This document shows positions 1 through 14,572 of a stretch of DNA of 64,000 nt, piece after piece. Source of the DNA: Eledone cirrhosa (lineage: Eukaryota); the NCBI GenBank assembly GCA_964016885.1, contig OZ024743.1, positions 276,892,001 through 276,956,000 on the forward strand, given 5' to 3'. A program made the translations under genes and the position numbers. Within the stretch, counting starts at the first letter, position 1; every line of letters starts with the position of its first letter. The notes below the pieces were generated by a model. That model was given only the letters and a program-made list of their open reading frames with translations. It searched no databases and was not told the DNA's origin.

Positions 1-156
1 AACAGGTCACAAATATGCAGTATTAAACAAGGCGAGAGTCTTAATATAAATTCACAATTACCTTTAGACAAGATGAATTAGAAATAAATTTCATGATTAA
101 ATTGTTTAGAAATACAGGGAAAATGACAACAAACTATCACCAGATACAAATTACAC

Positions 157-438
157 TTGCTGCTGCTGCTGTTGTTGTTGTTGTTGTTGTTGGTCTTGTT
201 GGTCTTGTTGTTGGCTGATGTTGTTATTGGTATTGTTGTTGTTGTTGTTGTTGGTGGTGTTGGTGTTGTTGTTGGTGGTGGTGGTGTTGTTGTTGGTGGT
301 GGTGTTGTTGTTGGCTGTTGTTGTTGGTCTTGCTGGTGTTGTTGGTGTTTTTGTTGTTGTTGTTGTTGTTGGCTGTTGTTGTTGGTTTGTTGTTGTTGTT
401 GGTGGTGTTGTTGTTGGTGGTGTTGTTGTTGTTGTTGG

Positions 439-469
<31 letters not shown>

Positions 470-1650
470 GGTCTTGTTGGTGTTGTTGTTGGCTGTTGTT
501 GTTATTGGTATTGTTGTTGTTGTTGTTGTTGGTGGTGGTGGTGTTGTTGTTGGTGGTGGTGTTGTTGTTGGCTGTTGTTGGTCTTGCTGGTGTTGGTGTT
601 TTTGTTGTTGTTGTTGTTGTTGGCTGTTGTTGTTGGTATTGTTGTTGTTTTTCTTGGTAGTGTTGTTGTTGTTGTTGTTGGCTGTTGTTGTTGTTGTTGG
701 TGGTGGTGTTGTTGGTGGTGTTGTTGTTGTTCTTGGTGGTGTTGTTGTTGTTGGTGGTGTTGTTGGTCTTGTTGGTGTTGTTGTTGGCTGTTGTTGTTAT
801 TGGTATTGTTGTTGTTGTTGGTGGTGGTGTTGTTGTTGTTATTGGTGGTGGTGGTCTTGTTGGTGTTGTTGTTGGCTGTTGTTGTTATTGGTATTGTTGT
901 TGTTGTTGTTGGTGGTGGTGTTTTTGTTGTTGTTGTTGTTGTTGTTGTTGTTGCTGTTGTTGTTGTTGTTGTTGTTGTTGGCTGTTGTTGTTGGTATTGT
1001 TGTAGTTGGTGGTGGGTTTGTTGTTGTTAGCTGTTGTTGTTGTTGGTCTTGCTGCTGCTGTTGTTGTTGTTGTTGTTGTTGTTGTTGCTGTTGTTATTGT
1101 GTTATTGTTGTTGTTGCTGTTGTTGTTGTTGTTATTGCTGTTGTTGTTGTTGTTGGTCGTGGTGGTATTGCTGTTGCTTTTGTTGTTGTTGTTGGTGGTG
1201 GTGGTGTTGTTGTTACTGTTGTTCTTGCTACTGTTGTTGCTGTTGTTGTTGTTGTTGTTGCTGTTGTTGTTGCTGTTGTTGTTGGAGTTGTCGTTGTTGT
1301 TGTTGATCTTGTCGCTGTTGTTCTTGCTGCTGTTGTTATTGCAGTCGTTGTTGTTGTTGTTGCTGTTGTTGTTGTTGTTGTTGTTGTTGTTGCTGCTGTG
1401 GCTGTTATTGGAGCTGTCGTTGTAGTTGGTGTTGTTGTTGCTTTTATTGCTGCTGCTGTTGTTTCTGTTGTCATTGTTAGTGTAGTTGCCATCGTCGTCG
1501 TCGTCGTTGTTCTTATTATTGGTGGTGATGCTGGTGTTGTTGTAATTGGTATTGTGGTTGTTGATGATAGTAATATTCGTGTTGTTATTGTTTTAGGTAC
1601 TGTGTTGTTGTTGCTGTTATTGGCGTTGTGTTGTTATTGTTATTGCTGTT
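157..1650. repeat. Degenerate (GTT)n/(GGT)n triplet low-complexity tract
   Basis: Direct reading. It produces poly-V/L/C ORFs in all frames. Confidence 0.95.
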
Positions 1651-1651
1651 G

Positions 1652-1815
1652 TTTTTTTTTTTTCTTACCGCATGCGCCTGAGGATTACCCTCAGTAGCGC
1701 TAGACTGGCGTGTGGGAGACACACGAGTTCATCCATGCTGGAGCCGAGTTGGTGGTGATAACAATCCACCATCAAGGCCGTACATCTCATCCTAAGATGT
1801 TCGGAGGATTCTTCT
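1652..1815 (-). mobile_element. Probable 3' end of a non-LTR retrotransposon (structured UTR plus poly-A)
   Basis: Minus strand reads ...RRILRTS-stop, then about 130 nt with four hairpins, then A12 (T-run 1652-1663). It is embedded in a GTT tract. Confidence 0.45.
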
Positions 1816-1973
1816 GTTGCTGTTGCTGTTATTGATGTTGTTGTTGTTATTGTTATTGTTGTTTTAGTGGTGTTGTTCATTTTGTCGTTATTGCAATTGT
1901 TTGGGTGTTGTTGTTACTGATTTTTTTTTAGATTGGTTTGTTACTACTCTTGTTATTGTTTTGTTGTTGTAAA

Positions 1974-2290
1974 GCCGCGTGGCTCACTGGTTAGAGTGTC
2001 CAGTTTACGATCGTAAGGTTGAGTTTGTTTTCTGGCGACACAGTATGTCCTTGAACAAGATACTTCATTTCATGTTGCTCCAGTTCATTTAGCTAGTAAA
2101 AATGTGAAATACATGTAATTCAAAGGGATAGTATTAAATGCTGAATCTCCCTGAGAACTAAGTCAATGATACACGAATCTGTAGAATGGTCAGTCACGTA
2201 TACGTTAATTTCCCGATCCGGCTGTTCTGTAGTTCGCACAATTGAAATCCTCGTTGTTAGAAGCGACGGAGGTCCAACAACTCCAACAAC
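1974..2290 (+). mobile_element. tRNA-derived SINE, family 1 (diverged)
   Basis: A-box-like TGGCTCACTGG head, TGTCCTTGAACAAGATACTT core and (CAA)n tail. A related 5' fragment is at 54932-55030. Confidence 0.7.
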
Positions 2291-2617
2291 ACCACCACCA
2301 ACAACAACAATGTTTGTAACTGGTGCTTGTGTTATACAAAGTGCTGATGCTGGTGGTGACGTTCCTGATGTCGATGGTGATGGTGAGGTTAGTTTTGGAG
2401 GTGTGGCGTTTGAAATGGTAATGGTGGTCGAGGCGGTGGTAGTGATAGAGATGGCGAAGGCGGTGGTGCTGCTGGTGATGGTGGTGGAGGCGTCATGGGG
2501 GTTGTGGGGCTGGTGCTGTAGTAGAGGAGGTTAGTTAATATTGCGGTTCCGTGGTCACTCATCATCGTCCTTTTTGTTGTAGTTGCCGCGTTTACTGCTG
2601 CTGCTGCTGCTGCTGCT

Positions 2618-2673
<56 letters not shown>

Positions 2674-2899
2674 ATTGTTTTGTTTATTGTTGCGATTTAA
2701 TTTGGAAATAATTATTTCGATAAGTTCCACTCATATCGTTTGCTATTTCCACTCACCCCTCACCATCCATTGTGGATGCGTGTATATATATATACACACA
2801 CACACACATATATATATATACATAGATATAAATATATATACACACACACACACACACAAATACATATATATATATACACACACACATATATATATATAA

Positions 2900-2967
<68 letters not shown>

Positions 2968-2985
2968 GCATATATATATACATAG

Positions 2986-3030
<45 letters not shown>

Positions 3031-3051
3031 CATAGATATATATACACACAT

Positions 3052-3120
<69 letters not shown>

Positions 3121-3135
3121 CATACACACACACAC

Positions 3136-3178
<43 letters not shown>

Positions 3179-3307
3179 TATATATATATATATATGTACA
3201 TGCCTCTCTCACTTTAATTCCCTCTCTTTCTTTCACTCTTTCTCTCTGTCTATGCCTATATGTGTACGCATATATACGTATGTATATATATATATATATA
3301 TATATGC

Positions 3308-3402
<95 letters not shown>

Positions 3403-3428
3403 TATATATATATATATATATATATATA

Positions 3429-3500
<72 letters not shown>

Positions 3501-3502
<2 letters not shown>

Positions 3503-3688
3503 AAAAAGTATGACCCCGACGGCAGAGCTCAAGCCGTTTCAACGGTTATTTCTGGACAGAAATAGCCGTTGAAACGGCTTGAGCTCTGCCGTCGGGTTCA
3601 TACTTTTTCCTATTACCCACTCTACTACACTAAGTATTGAGTACTTTGGTGCGTTATGGTCCATCTGGTTCCTTACACAATTCCTTCG

Positions 3689-3690
<2 letters not shown>
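3501..3690 (+). mobile_element. Hairpin-plus-tail PLE-type mini-insert in (TA)n, family H1, copy A
   Basis: Palindrome 3501-3610 plus an 80-bp tail ending TTCCTTCGTT, with (TA)n on both sides. Contains GAAACGGC-loop-GCCGTC, the 3' half of an HHR. Confidence 0.8.
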
Positions 3691-3745
<55 letters not shown>

Positions 3746-3762
3746 TATATATATAATACATA

Positions 3763-3821
<59 letters not shown>

Positions 3822-3826
3822 GTATG

Positions 3827-3861
<35 letters not shown>

Positions 3862-4534
3862 ACACACACATATATAAATATATATATCAGTGTGTATGCG
3901 TATATGTATGTGCACATGTATGTATACGTGTGTACATAATGCTTCATTACAGATGATTTACACAATTGTGGAATGAGAAAATTCAGTCTAAATTTGTCCT
4001 TGTATTTGTTTTTATTTTCCATTTCTCTTTTCACCCCTCTCTCCCCTCTTTCTCCTCTCTCCCTTTCTCTTCCCCACCTCTCTCTCTTTTTCTTCCCCCT
4101 TTCTCTCTCCTTCTCTTCCCCAACCCTCTCTCCTTCTCTTCCCACCTCTCTCTCTCTCTCAATCTCTACCCCACCCCCTCTCTCTTCTTCTCATTCTCCC
4201 CTCTCTCACAATCACTTCCCTACTCCTCTCTCTCCTTCTCTTCCCCACCCCTCTCTCTCCTCTTCTCCCTCTTTCTCTCTCTGTGTCCTATCTCTTTGTC
4301 TTTCTCTCTCATGTTGTCCAATCACTCCCTAATTACTCTCTGCTGTCTCTTCATTAAATTCTCTATTATATCTCTATTTACTCACCCCACTCCTCCCTGT
4401 CTCATGCTATCGTTTCCCCCCCCCCCTCTCTCACTCTTACTCACTTCCTGTCACTACTTTCTCATTATGCACCTTATACTATTTTTGTATTTCATGCATT
4501 CATCTCTCTCCCTCCCTCTCTATCTCTATATGTG

Positions 4535-4612
<78 letters not shown>

Positions 4613-4676
4613 ATAGTGCATATGTGTATGTATGCTTGAATGTATATATATGTATGTATGTAACTCTGTATGTATG

Positions 4677-4780
<104 letters not shown>

Positions 4781-4809
4781 CATATACATATATATATATA
4801 CATATATAC

Positions 4810-4852
<43 letters not shown>

Positions 4853-4989
4853 TGTAACTCTGTATATATATATATATACATATATACATATATATATATA
4901 CATATATATATATACATATATTTATGTATATATGTATATATATATATGTATATATGTATATATATATATGTATATATATATGTATATAT

Positions 4990-5066
<77 letters not shown>

Positions 5067-5385
5067 GTTACATACATACATACATACATACATAAATACA
5101 TAGATTACATACATACATACATGCATATATACATATATACATAAATAAATACATACATACATGCATACATACATACAAGCATACATACTACATACAAACA
5201 TACATACATACATACATACATACATACATACTACATACATATCAACTTTTTATATTTATCCGGCAGAATTTTAATTACTAGTTCGGCGTTTCCTTCACTT
5301 CCTATTGACAACGTTTTATTTTCAGCGTTGCCCATAAAATAAACTGCACGCTAACAATCCTATCCATACATAAGAGCAACAGATG

Positions 5386-5472
<87 letters not shown>

Positions 5473-5592
5473 ATAAATTAATATCATAGATCGACATAGA
5501 TAAGGAATCTATAGTCAGACAAACTGACAGAACCACAGGCAGTTGTGTGTGATCAACACTGTATGTATATTTAAAAAAAAATAAATAAATAT

Positions 5593-5664
<72 letters not shown>

Positions 5665-5814
5665 CAGATTATCATTATATCAGCATATCAACTCTTATAC
5701 CATTATACCGTTATACCATTTAGTCATTTTAATGTAAACGTGATAATGATAGTGGTGGGGGTGGGTTTACTGGATATAGATTTGTACATGTGGTGCATCG
5801 TAGTACGTATGCAT

Positions 5815-6767
<953 letters not shown>

Positions 6768-7132
6768 TACGATGTGGTATCAAAATGTTCCAGGACTAGA
6801 CATGTTTAAAAAAGAAAAGAAACTAATATATTTACCTAGGTTTTAACATCACCTCCTTCGAATTAGTCACCTTGTGCAGCAATACACCGGTCACAGCGTT
6901 CCTGCCAATTTTGGAACCCGGCCTGGGATTTGCTCTGGATCACAGCAACGGTTGTAAAACGGCAACCTTTGAGCTCCAGTTTCAGCTTAGAGAAGAGATG
7001 GTCTAAATCTGGCGAATAGAGCAGATGCAGAAGCGATACAATGTTATTTATGGCGAGACACGTGCGAGTGAAGAGAGCTTGGTGACAGTGTGTATTGTCG
7101 TTTTGAAGAATCCAGTTCTTTGCGCTCCACAG
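6768..7132 (-). mobile_element. Mariner (Tc1/mariner) 3' fragment, decayed transposase C-terminus
   Basis: Minus-strand WILQNDN...YSPDL...LKGCRF...WQERCDRCIAAQGD, with a putative TIR starting TA-CGATGTGGTATCAAAA. Confidence 0.85.
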
Positions 7133-7217
<85 letters not shown>

Positions 7218-8026
7218 AGTGTGTGTGTATGTGTGTATAGAGTGTCTACAGTGCTAAGTCCGGAAAGATCACTAATCACAACAGTACTCACTACCTAATG
7301 GGATGCAGAGTTGGGATATTAAGGAAGAAAATATTCGATCGTGAGATCCTACAGTTTTTGCTCATAATTTAATAATCGTAGTATTTAAGATTTTCGAACC
7401 TTGAATGAATGAATATTCAATACTGATGTATGGTGTAAGAATTCATTTTCTGTGTTTAAAAGTGACAATGACATCGAAGCTTTACTTAGTCGCTTTATCT
7501 GCTATATATACTTATCTATACATAACCACACATAAACATACCCCCCCCCCACACACACACACACATTGCCACACATAGATATCAAAAGTCTACGAAACAT
7601 GTAGTAAGAGAATAATTTCAATAAATGTCTTGTATTATTCAAAGCTAAAACAAGGAATAATTTTAACTACAAAATAGTTGAAAATAAGTCAGGTATATAA
7701 TCCATTGATACAAACAAATGGCAATCGCTCGTGGGAATCGAATTTCGCATCTGTCGTATTTTCAACTATCTTATAATTAAAATGATAAGTTGTGATAGTT
7801 TTGCTTAAAGCAAAGCTTATTTTGAAATTCCACTCATACTACATACTTCGAAGACATTTTCATTGTTTACATTCCAACTAATGAGATAACAGCATAAACT
7901 AGGCGGATGAAGGTGACAGAAGTACTTTGGTGAAGTTGTTAACAGCTTTGCAGCATTCCACTGATAGAAGATTCTATTCCTGTAAGCGATTCTGTCCACG
8001 TGTTTCCATCTCAAAGAGTTATAAAC

Positions 8027-8110
<84 letters not shown>

Positions 8111-8117
<7 letters not shown>

Positions 8118-8388
8118 TTACAACAGTGACATATACAGGTACTCAAGTTTTGTTGGGTTCTGGGCCCCAATTCATTCAGCCTGTCATCATGATAAAAATA
8201 AAAACAAAGATGGCCATCTTTGTTTTATTTTGTTTTTATTTTTCTCATGACATTCTGAATGAATTGGGGCCCAGAACCCAACAAAACTTGAGTACCAGTT
8301 TATGTCACTGTTGTAATTATTTATACTAAACTCGTCCTATGGACTGAGTGCTCTTACTCTTGGATATTTCCACTTCACATTTACTTCA

Positions 8389-8390
<2 letters not shown>
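8111..8390 (+). mobile_element. Hairpin-plus-tail insert in (TA)n, family H2, with a degenerate HHR in each arm
   Basis: Arms 8111-8213 and 8214-8324 are centred on AAAGATGG|CCATCTTT, followed by a tail to 8390. Confidence 0.75.
8135..8184 (-). ncRNA. Degenerate hammerhead ribozyme motif
   Basis: ACAGG-CUGAAUGA-a-UUGGG..CCCAA-c-AAAA-CUUGAGU-A-CCUGU. It has a 5-bp stem I and a GUA site, but G12 is replaced by A and the core has a 1-nt insertion. Confidence 0.55.
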
Positions 8391-8435
<45 letters not shown>

Positions 8436-8437
<2 letters not shown>

Positions 8438-8618
8438 AACGAGTAGGACCCCGACGGCTGAGCTCAAGCCGTTTCGACTAATGTCCAGAATTAGCCGTCG
8501 AAACGGCTTCAGCTCAGCCGTCGGGGTCCTACTCGTTCCTATTACCCACTCTACTACCCTAAGTATTGAGTACTCTGGTGCGTTACGGTCCACCTGGTTC
8601 CTTACCACATTTCCTTCG

Positions 8619-8620
<2 letters not shown>
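8436..8620 (+). mobile_element. Family H1, copy C
   Basis: Homologue of 3501-3690 with private substitutions present in both arms. Confidence 0.8.
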
Positions 8621-8661
<41 letters not shown>

Positions 8662-8669
8662 GGGGGGGG

Positions 8670-8781
<112 letters not shown>

Positions 8782-9447
8782 GCGTGTGTGTGTTTCTGTG
8801 TGTCGAAATATATGATAAATTATATCTGTATATATGCTCGTTAGAAGTAACTGAGACTACGTAAGTGTGTATATAAATTTACACATTTTCATACTTAGTT
8901 TGGCTTTTACCAGAAGATATGTACATCATCTAAACAACCACGAGGAAATATGCAATGGAGGGCTTTATAGTATTATCCTGAAATTGATGTACTAATTTGT
9001 ATATTATTAGCGCTGATGGTGTTATTTAATTAAGTTGTGTGTTAAGCGACTGAAGTATACGGTAGTCAGTGCAGTAGTTTAATCTGAACTTCATCAGCAA
9101 TTTAGTAGAGGTCAGGCTGTACTTGATTTAACGCCTATTATTGATAATTCTTGTCTCTTTAAACACTGCGTTCTTTTGGGAAGAAAACAAAATAGAAAGC
9201 TTGGGCGTGATCTAAAGAATCTTTCTGTTTCAACAAGATTATTGCATGCAAGCAATTATAATTTCTGGCAGTTGTTGTTGCAGCATTATTGACATTTGAA
9301 TAATTTATATATATATTTCAGTACTGTACTTGTATTGTAAGTGACATGATCTGTGATCATGTGTTAAAACTAAAACAATTACATTGTCAAAGAGTTATAT
9401 TACCCATTTAAAAACACTAATTTCTCACACATCTGTGACCTGATACA

Positions 9448-9590
<143 letters not shown>

Positions 9591-9689
9591 TACATTGTTT
9601 AATACTCATGGTAGCAGTTTAAACACGCACATGTACCGTTCCATTAACGTAAACATTTTGGATTTTATTATGGTCATTGAATAAAGAGA

Positions 9690-9880
9690 ACGTCTGGAAA
9701 GTAGCTTGATTTGTTACGTCTCTTTACACTCTGAGTTAAACTCCCGCCTATGTCAACTTTGTCTCCTATCCATCTGAAGTCGATGGACAAAGTAACATTC
9801 ATGTACTCGGATCGATATAATCCCCTGTCACCTCTCCCCACACTAAATTTCTGGCCTTATGCTTATGGTACAAATGATTA
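9690..9880 (+). mobile_element. Old, diverged SINE family 2 copy
   Basis: CTGAGTTAAACTCCCGCC...CAACTTTGTCTCCTATCC...GTCGAT...CTGGCCTTATGC. Confidence 0.6.
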
Positions 9881-10418
9881 TAATTGTTGTAGTAGTGTAG
9901 CCCAAGATATGACTATTTGAGCCATCCTATAACACGCTGGTAGACAGTCAAACTATCAGATACGATTCGCATAGCTAACCCATCCTCAAAGTTATACGAT
10001 GTTTTTGACGAATTCAGGGTCATATTCCATACTACAACATATAGTTTCTAGGTTTTAAACTTTTCCCCAATAGTTTTTCTGGTTTGTCGAAGCAAACATA
10101 TTTCGTGTATGCCTCTAATTGCCCCTAATTCTGTACTGAGTTCGGCACTATTAGAAGATCATCTTTAGTATCACTAATCTTACACGAGCTAAGCAAGACA
10201 TCTTGAGTTCTTATTCTGAATGTTCGTAGGATCCATCCAGCCAATCTATTACCCGTTTTTGCAATTTTTGTAATGTGTACATAGACTGCTATGTTCTTTA
10301 TAATTACCAGCTATCACACCGTTTCTATCTCTGATATAGTATACCTAGGGCTGATAAATATATCTAGGCCATATGTACACGACGCAGATATTCTTCTGTA
10401 GACCTTTAACATCTACAG

Positions 10419-10709
10419 TAGTCATGGGCAACCTGCCGGCCCGCGAAGCTTTCTGAATGGCTCGCCTAAGTCACCTAAATGAAATATTTCTGATTTTTCA
10501 CCCCAAATTTTCCATCGTAATTTACCTTTCTATCATTTTTACGATCGAGGAAAACAACGCGTACGAATTCTGAAGAAACAGATCAAAACAACCTGAGTTG
10601 TCGCCTTTTTTTAAAATGTGGCCACGAATGTAAATTAGTGCTTGCAGCCCGCCTGATGATGAGCCATATCTCATGCGGCCCGCTTCTCAAAAAAGGTTGC
10701 CCATGCCTG
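10419..10709. mobile_element. hAT (Charlie/Buster-like) MITE
   Basis: TIRs TAGTCATGGGCAACCT / AGGTTGCCCATGCCTG. 8-bp TSD ATCTACAG (10411-10418) and ATCTAGAG (10710-10717). Confidence 0.85.
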
Positions 10710-11415
10710 ATCTAGAGTTTTGCAATAATCGTACCTATTTAGGACAGCTTTATTGATGGCCAAGGTCACACCCTAGAGAGGTATTACAAATACAAACAGT
10801 AACATAATTCCTACCATTGGTAGTCCTCTCTAATACTCCACTTGCAATAGTTGTCTCTACAGAGAAGGTACCGTTGACTATAATAACTTCTCTTCTTATC
10901 TTTTGGGAAGTCATACAGCAACTCTACCAATTTTCTCACCAAGTCGACTTCGCATAATTAATGTCATATTATCTAACAATAAACGTTGTCAAAAACCTTT
11001 GCATATATGTATACACACCCACACACACACACACGCACCCCCCCCCACACACACACAAAAGCAAAGGCAAACACACACACACACGCAGGCACATACACAC
11101 ATACACACAGAAGCAAACGCAAATACGCACACACACTCTCTCTTTCTCTCTTACACTAACATGCGCGCACATACACGTACATACGCAAAGAAAAACATAT
11201 ACACGCACATAAATAGACGTATACACACATATGTATACACATATGTATACGCACACCTATATATATATATGTATATATATATATATGTGTGCGTGTGTGT
11301 GTGTATATATATATGTATGTATATGTGTGTATTTATGCGTGTATGTGTTAGTGTGCCCGCGTGTACGTATATAGATATATATAGGTGTGCGTATACATAC
11401 AGGTGTATACGCACA

Positions 11416-11471
<56 letters not shown>

Positions 11472-11494
11472 TGTGTGTGTGTATGTGTGTGTGT

Positions 11495-11554
<60 letters not shown>

Positions 11555-11962
11555 ATATGTGTGTATTTATGCGTGTATGTGTTAGTGTGCTCGCGTCTAC
11601 GTAGATAGATAGGTATACGAATTCATGTGCGCAAACACACATCCATATATAGAATAGGTACAGACTCACAATCTTATAAACACAGACATGAAACACGTCA
11701 CCTGTAATGATGGCTCCTTTAAATTTGTTTCTATTTGGTTCTTTAACTTTTGTAAGTAGTGTAAAGTTTCAAGTCTTTGTTTAAGAAAAATTAGAGAAGT
11801 AGAAAATAGACGTTAACTTTATATAAATAGAAAGTAAAAAAGCTTAATATATCATATTATCTTGTATTATCTACTAGTGTAGTTTTTAGATGTCTTTGAA
11901 TAACGTCAGCAGATTTATGTCTATTATTTTGCATTTGTTTATATATATATATACATACTACA

Positions 11963-12043
<81 letters not shown>

Positions 12044-12065
12044 GTGTGTTTGTGTGTGTGTGTGT

Positions 12066-12131
<66 letters not shown>

Positions 12132-12134
<3 letters not shown>

Positions 12135-12235
12135 AATGGAAAATGGCGTGGTTTGTTGCAAATGTGATATACAAATAAAAATGAAGAATTAGAAATAGAA
12201 GCCAGGACTATCCATCATCAGTGGCCTACTAGCCA

Positions 12236-12237
<2 letters not shown>
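12132..12237. repeat. Dispersed (TA)n-anchored repeat, second copy at 43983-44088
   Basis: About 105 bp shared, including ATGAAGAATTAGAAATAGAAGCCAGGACTATCCATCATCAGTGG. Confidence 0.75.
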
Positions 12238-12333
<96 letters not shown>

Positions 12334-12350
12334 GCACACACACACACACA

Positions 12351-12382
<32 letters not shown>

Positions 12383-12519
12383 GTATATAAGGGAGAGGAT
12401 CAGGGGTGTATAACACTCCACTTATCCAATAGGCAGTATAAGGTTAGCTCGATGTCTGAGGACAGAGCCGTAATATAATCAACAACAAAGAACGCCTATA
12501 GCATATGTATATCTTTACT

Positions 12520-12565
12520 TGCTAACATTGTTTCATCCGCACTATAAGTGGGACTCATCAGAGCA
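12520..12565 (-). ncRNA. Type I hammerhead ribozyme motif
   Basis: UGCU-CUGAUGA-GUCC(CACUUAUAGUGC)GGAU-GAAA-CAAUGU-U-AGCA. Canonical core, stem I UGCU/AGCA, GUU site. Confidence 0.75.
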
Positions 12566-13487
12566 TAAAGGTTGATTACATATTACACAAGCAATAACAG
12601 ATCCAAGACATTGAAGAAATAAAAAATACAAAATAAAAAATAAAAAATAAAAAATAAAAAATAATAAAAGATAAGAAATATTGAGGAAGTAAAAATAAAA
12701 ATAAACATTGAAAAATAAACATTGAAAAATAAACATTGGAAAATAGTTGAAAAATAGGGGGTGCTATCGGTCACAGTTGGGCGGGGTGCTGTCAACATAC
12801 AGTTACATACAAGCATACGCATGGATAAGAGATAGAGAACAGATAAGGAATAGACAAGAATAGATAAGATAGATAGGAGTAGGTAAGAATAGATAAAAAA
12901 TAGGTGAAAAAATAGGTAAACAATAGACATATAATATATATAAGAAATATAAAAACCATACATATAAAATATACAGATAATAAAGGGTAAGGAATAAAAT
13001 AAAATAAAATAAAATTAAAATTAAAATTATATAAAATAAAATAATATAATATAATATAATAATAGAATAAAATAAAATAAAATAAAATAAAATAAAATAA
13101 AATAAAATAAACTAAACTAAAATAAAATAATATAAAATATAATTAAGATAAAATAAAGTAAATTGAGATAAGATATATATTTTTAGAATATATTTCCTGA
13201 ATATATCAGGGGCACACGAAGGCCTTAAGTGTTACAGTTATCAGTATCACTTGACCATTGCAATGCAATGGAGACGTCCCAGGTTGGGCAGTCTCAAAAG
13301 TTGACACTCAAAGTCACGGGTGTGCATTCACACGGTTGAGCGGTGGGGTAATTACAAACGGTTCACACTCGGGCAGGAGTCCATTGGTCAACAGAGGTAT
13401 ATCCAAGGAAGGTAGGAGAGTTCGCATGCAGCAGCAGGAGCATCCATGTATATATACATATATATATACATACATATATATATATAT

Positions 13488-13679
13488 AAATAATTGTTTC
13501 TACTTTAGGCACAAGGCCAGCAATTACCCAGTGCATTACTGGTACTTTATTTTATCGACCCCGTAAGGATGAAAGGCAAAGTCAACCTCGGCGGGATTTG
13601 AACTCAGATCGTAAAGGGACGTAACTATGCTGGAAAGCATGGCGTCCGACCCTCTACCGATACTGCCAATCCACCGCCC
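13488..13679 (-). mobile_element. SINE family 2, young copy
   Basis: Reverse complement of 55705-55896, essentially identical. Confidence 0.9.
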
Positions 13680-13680
13680 T

Positions 13681-13734
13681 TAATTAATTAATTAAATAAT
13701 CAACAATCAGAGCAATATACAATAAAGTATGTCC

Positions 13735-13766
<32 letters not shown>

Positions 13767-13869
13767 TATATATATATATATTTGGACATACTTTATTGTA
13801 TATTGCTCTGATTGTTGATTATTTAATTAATTAATTCGTCATTGAGCCACATCGTGAATGGTTGCCAAA

Positions 13870-13908
<39 letters not shown>

Positions 13909-14572
13909 GACTTTGTCTAGTTTATGTATATGTAAATCTTTATATTTGATAATCTCCCATACGGTTACGATGCAATTTAGGCAATATTGCTTTCTAGCAA
14001 CCAGCCCACTCGCCTTAAGGCACCAATCACATTCTTTCTGACTTGACCAATGCCACGTCACAGTTCTTAGCCATTTTGAATTCGATTCTTGCGGGGATCA
14101 TTTAAGAAAAATCTTCGTCCAAGTGAGTTTGTTTCCTGATGATTTCGAAGCTCGTGAATTTATCCTTGATTGGATATTTCCAAAAGCGAATGAAACTCCA
14201 TGCGGTAGAAACGTAATTTTGGTATGCTTATATACATTTTTTCTTCTAACTTTGATTTTATACCTATTTGTGTATGGTTGACGATATATTTAATCGATTT
14301 CCACGTAAATATTCTATAGCTGTTGATCACGAATAGATAGCTGTCGTTTATTTATATATTATTTCTTCATAGGTGTCTTTTAATCTTATAGCCTTGTTTA
14401 ATTGGTTTTTTATGTGGTTGATTATGCTGATTGGGAGAGGAAATGGTGTATATATTTTATCAAATGATTCTATGGACATACTTTATTGTATATACATATA
14501 TATAGCTCTGATTGTTGATTATTTAATTAATTAATTCGTCATTGAGCCACATCGTGAATGGTTGCCAAAAAC
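13681..14572 (+). mobile_element. PLE-type 3' end with direct and inverted terminal copies (family H3)
   Basis: 13681-13735 is the inverse of 13783-13834. 13783-13872 is repeated directly at 14473-14572. An HHR lies at 14131. A related piece is at 52771-52825. Confidence 0.65.
14131..14212 (+). ncRNA. Type I hammerhead ribozyme motif
   Basis: GUUUC-CUGAUGA-UUUCG...CGAAU-GAAA-CUCCAUGCGGU-A-GAAAC. Stem I is a perfect 5 bp with a GUA site. Stems II and III are eroded. Confidence 0.65.

Noticed and set aside
157-1697. Long hydrophobic or Cys-rich ORFs
   Set aside because: These are translations of GTT/GGT triplet repeats, open in all frames.
3501-3610. miRNA precursor or terminator
   Set aside because: It is a multi-copy TA-embedded insert with variable loops. 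A mobile-element origin explains it better.
10650-10670. CTGATGA as a hammerhead core
   Set aside because: No paired stem II or downstream GAAA/NUH. It lies inside the hAT MITE.
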